A DNA stretch of 24,000 nt from NCBI RefSeq assembly GCF_025998535.1, contig NZ_AP024233.1, positions 880,217 to 904,216 on the forward strand, read 5' to 3'. This DNA is from Desulfolithobacter dissulfuricans. GTDB lineage: Bacteria; Desulfobacterota; Desulfobulbia; Desulfobulbales; Desulfobulbaceae. Of the stretch, positions 22,523 through 24,000 are shown piece after piece; position 1 is the stretch's first letter; every line of letters begins with the position of its first letter. Below the pieces are notes generated by a model. That model was not told the DNA's origin. It saw only the letters and a list, made by a program, of their open reading frames with translations, and made no database searches. Both the position numbers and the translations under genes were made by a program.

Positions 22523-23724
22523 CGCCTCTCTCCGTCCTGTACCTTCTGGATCGCCGGATAGATGGTGGTCAGGTAAATGGACTCCATGCCCTGGTGGTCG
22601 GTCGGGCCAAAATCCAGCACCACGCCACCGAGATCGAAGCGGCCGATCTTTTCCATGGTGTCGATGAATTTTTCCCGGGTGAGTTCACCGGGTACGGCCC
22701 TGGCAATGGCGGCAAAAAGTTTGCCGGCAATGTAGCCTTCCAGGGTAATGAAGCCGATGGGGTAGTCCCGCTGGTACTTGTGCATGGCGTTGCGGTATTG
22801 GCGGATAAGGGGAATCCGGATGTCCCAGGGGTAGGGTACCACCTGGGAGACGATCACCTGGTCGCCATGGGGTCCCAGGACCTGTTTGAGGCTTTCGGTG
22901 CCGACAAAGGAGATGTTTGCAAATATCCGCGCGCTCTTGTTCCTGGCTTTGCTCAGCTTGATGAATTCAGCGCAGGCCGCGTACGTCCCCACCAGAATCA
23001 CGGCCTCGGGCTCTGCCCGGTATATTTCCCGCAGCCCGCCCATGACCGCGATGGTGTTTCTCTCGTAACTGCCCCGGGACACCAGTTCCATCCCGCGGCG
23101 CCTGAGGGCCTGTTCGATACCCTTGAGGCCGTCAAAGCCGTAGGAGTCGTTCTGGTAGAAGCAGGCGATCCGGCTGATCTTTTTCTGGTCCGTGAGGTAG
23201 GAGACCAGTTTTTCCATCTCCTGGTAGTAGCTGGCCCGGACATTGATCACGTAGCGGCGAAACGGGGTCCGCAGAAGCTCCGCTCCGGTGAAGGGGGCGA
23301 AGAAGGGGATCCGGTACTGCTCGACGATGGGGATCACCGCCTTGGAAGTGGGGGTGCCCACTTCGCCGATGAGGAGGAAGACCTGATCGCTCTGGATCAG
23401 CTCCAGGGTGTTGCGGATGGCCCGGTCCGGTTCATACCCGTCGTCGCGGCTGAGGAGGACGATATTCCGGCCCCTGATACCGCCTTCGTCGTTGATCTCG
23501 GCCAGGGCGGCCTGGAGCCCGGCCCGCATCTCCAGGCCCAGGTTCTTGGCCGGTCCACTGAGCGCGCAGGACTGGCCAAGAACCAGCGGCGGAAGGGAGT
23601 CGCCGGTCCGGGCCATGGCCATGGTGGCAAGGCTTAGAAAAAGGAGGCCCGCTAGCAGCCAGGCGCGGTAGTGGCGCGCCCTTTTTCCCGGTGCCTTTTT
23701 CTGGTTCAAAACGGTATGCCACAT
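22519..23724 (-). CDS. Periplasmic solute-binding protein, branched-chain-amino-acid-binding (Peripla_BP_6/LivJ-like) fold
   Basis: The signal peptide is ...RARHYRAWLLAGLLFLSLATMAMA. It is followed by LVLGQSCALSGPAKNLGLEMRAGLQAALAEINDEGGIRGRNIVLLSRDDGYEPDRA, the classic type-I binding-protein N-terminal pattern. Its stop overlaps the kinase start in ATGA (22519-22522). The start is uncertain: 23724 is preferred, and 23754 or 23853 are possible. Confidence 0.88.
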   Translation of the reverse strand: MWHTVLNQKKAPGKRARHYRAWLLAGLLFLSLATMAMARTGDSLPPLVLGQSCALSGPAKNLGLEMRAGLQAALAEINDEGGIRGRNIVLLSRDDGYEPDRAIRNTLELIQSDQVFLLIGEVGTPTSKAVIPIVEQYRIPFFAPFTGAELLRTPFRRYVINVRASYYQEMEKLVSYLTDQKKISRIACFYQNDSYGFDGLKGIEQALRRRGMELVSRGSYERNTIAVMGGLREIYRAEPEAVILVGTYAACAEFIKLSKARNKSARIFANISFVGTESLKQVLGPHGDQVIVSQVVPYPWDIRIPLIRQYRNAMHKYQRDYPIGFITLEGYIAGKLFAAIARAVPGELTREKFIDTMEKIGRFDLGGVVLDFGPTDHQGMESIYLTTIYPAIQKVQDGERR

Positions 23725-24000
23725 GGTTTCAGGATGTCCTGTTCCGTTGCCCATTGTCAGCTGGCCGAGGATGGGGTGCTGTGCTTTCCAGACTGGAATG
23801 CAAAATTTCGCATGGCAAACTTGTACCAGATTTGTTTTCCTCCCACTACCCAAAATACCCGGACGGTGGACTGATTCATGATACTCCGGATGGGCCCGGC
23901 AAAAGCGTAGCCTTCCGGCTTGTTATTTGGCCCGATTTGTTGTTGATTGGAGCCGGGACCCATGGAGCCGCACAGGGACAGGGAGGATGTTTTGGTGTAT

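Noticed and set aside
23757-24000. A minus-strand frame open to the right window edge (...TSSLSLCGSMGPGSNQQQIGPNNKPEGYAFAGPIRSIMNQSTVRVFWVVGGKQIWYKFAMRNF...*), ending at 23757. It could be the 3' end of an upstream gene.
   Set aside because: I cannot decide from this window. Its GC3 of about 64% is only slightly below that of real genes. There is no recognisable motif, and the LSLC sequence is not a canonical lipobox. It also conflicts with the longest version of the binding-protein ORF. A second frame (23923-24000) is also open. I left it uncalled; sequence beyond the window is needed.
1-24000. A search for CRISPR arrays, tRNA or rRNA genes, transposases, integrases, toxin-antitoxin pairs and known defence-system genes.
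   Set aside because: I saw no regularly spaced direct repeats, no tRNA or rRNA signatures, and no ORF with recombinase, nuclease-helicase, reverse transcriptase or toxin-like motifs. The window reads as core regulatory and energy-metabolism DNA with one small zone of gene decay.

Overview
This window is about 58% GC and looks like a chromosomal segment from a Gram-negative anaerobe. A Desulfobacterota-like origin is inference from gene content only. The segment is mostly core redox metabolism and signalling, not an obvious mobile or defence island. Contents from left to right:
- a sigma-54-dependent response regulator and a PHP phosphoesterase, both on the minus strand;
- a zinc-finger thioredoxin (TrxC type) preceded by a good -24/-12 promoter match;
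- a tight five-gene plus-strand operon of unknown function, with two lipoproteins, two small proteins and a Gate-domain membrane protein;
- a roughly 500-bp gap containing a conspicuous 128-bp imperfect palindrome;
- a diguanylate cyclase of about 1015 aa with three tandem periplasmic binding domains;
- a frameshifted ATP-grasp gene and a decayed 7TMR-DISM sensor remnant;
- a minus-strand periplasmic selenocysteine formate dehydrogenase locus. In transcription order it encodes a multi-[4Fe-4S] protein, a TorD-like chaperone, a small TAT protein, FdhA (with UGA-Sec and a SECIS element), FdhB and cytochrome b. MobB follows after a terminator;
- an overlapping operon for a solute-binding protein, a Cache/GAF histidine kinase and a LuxR-type regulator directly upstream of the dehydrogenase locus.

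I found no tRNA, rRNA, CRISPR array, transposase, integrase or recognisable defence gene. The least explained items are the palindromic element at 6414-6541, the five-gene lipoprotein/Gate operon and the 622-aa Fe-S protein. I cannot show that any of them is a new system without database searches. Many long ORFs in the track are antisense mirror ORFs typical of GC-rich DNA, and I did not call them.
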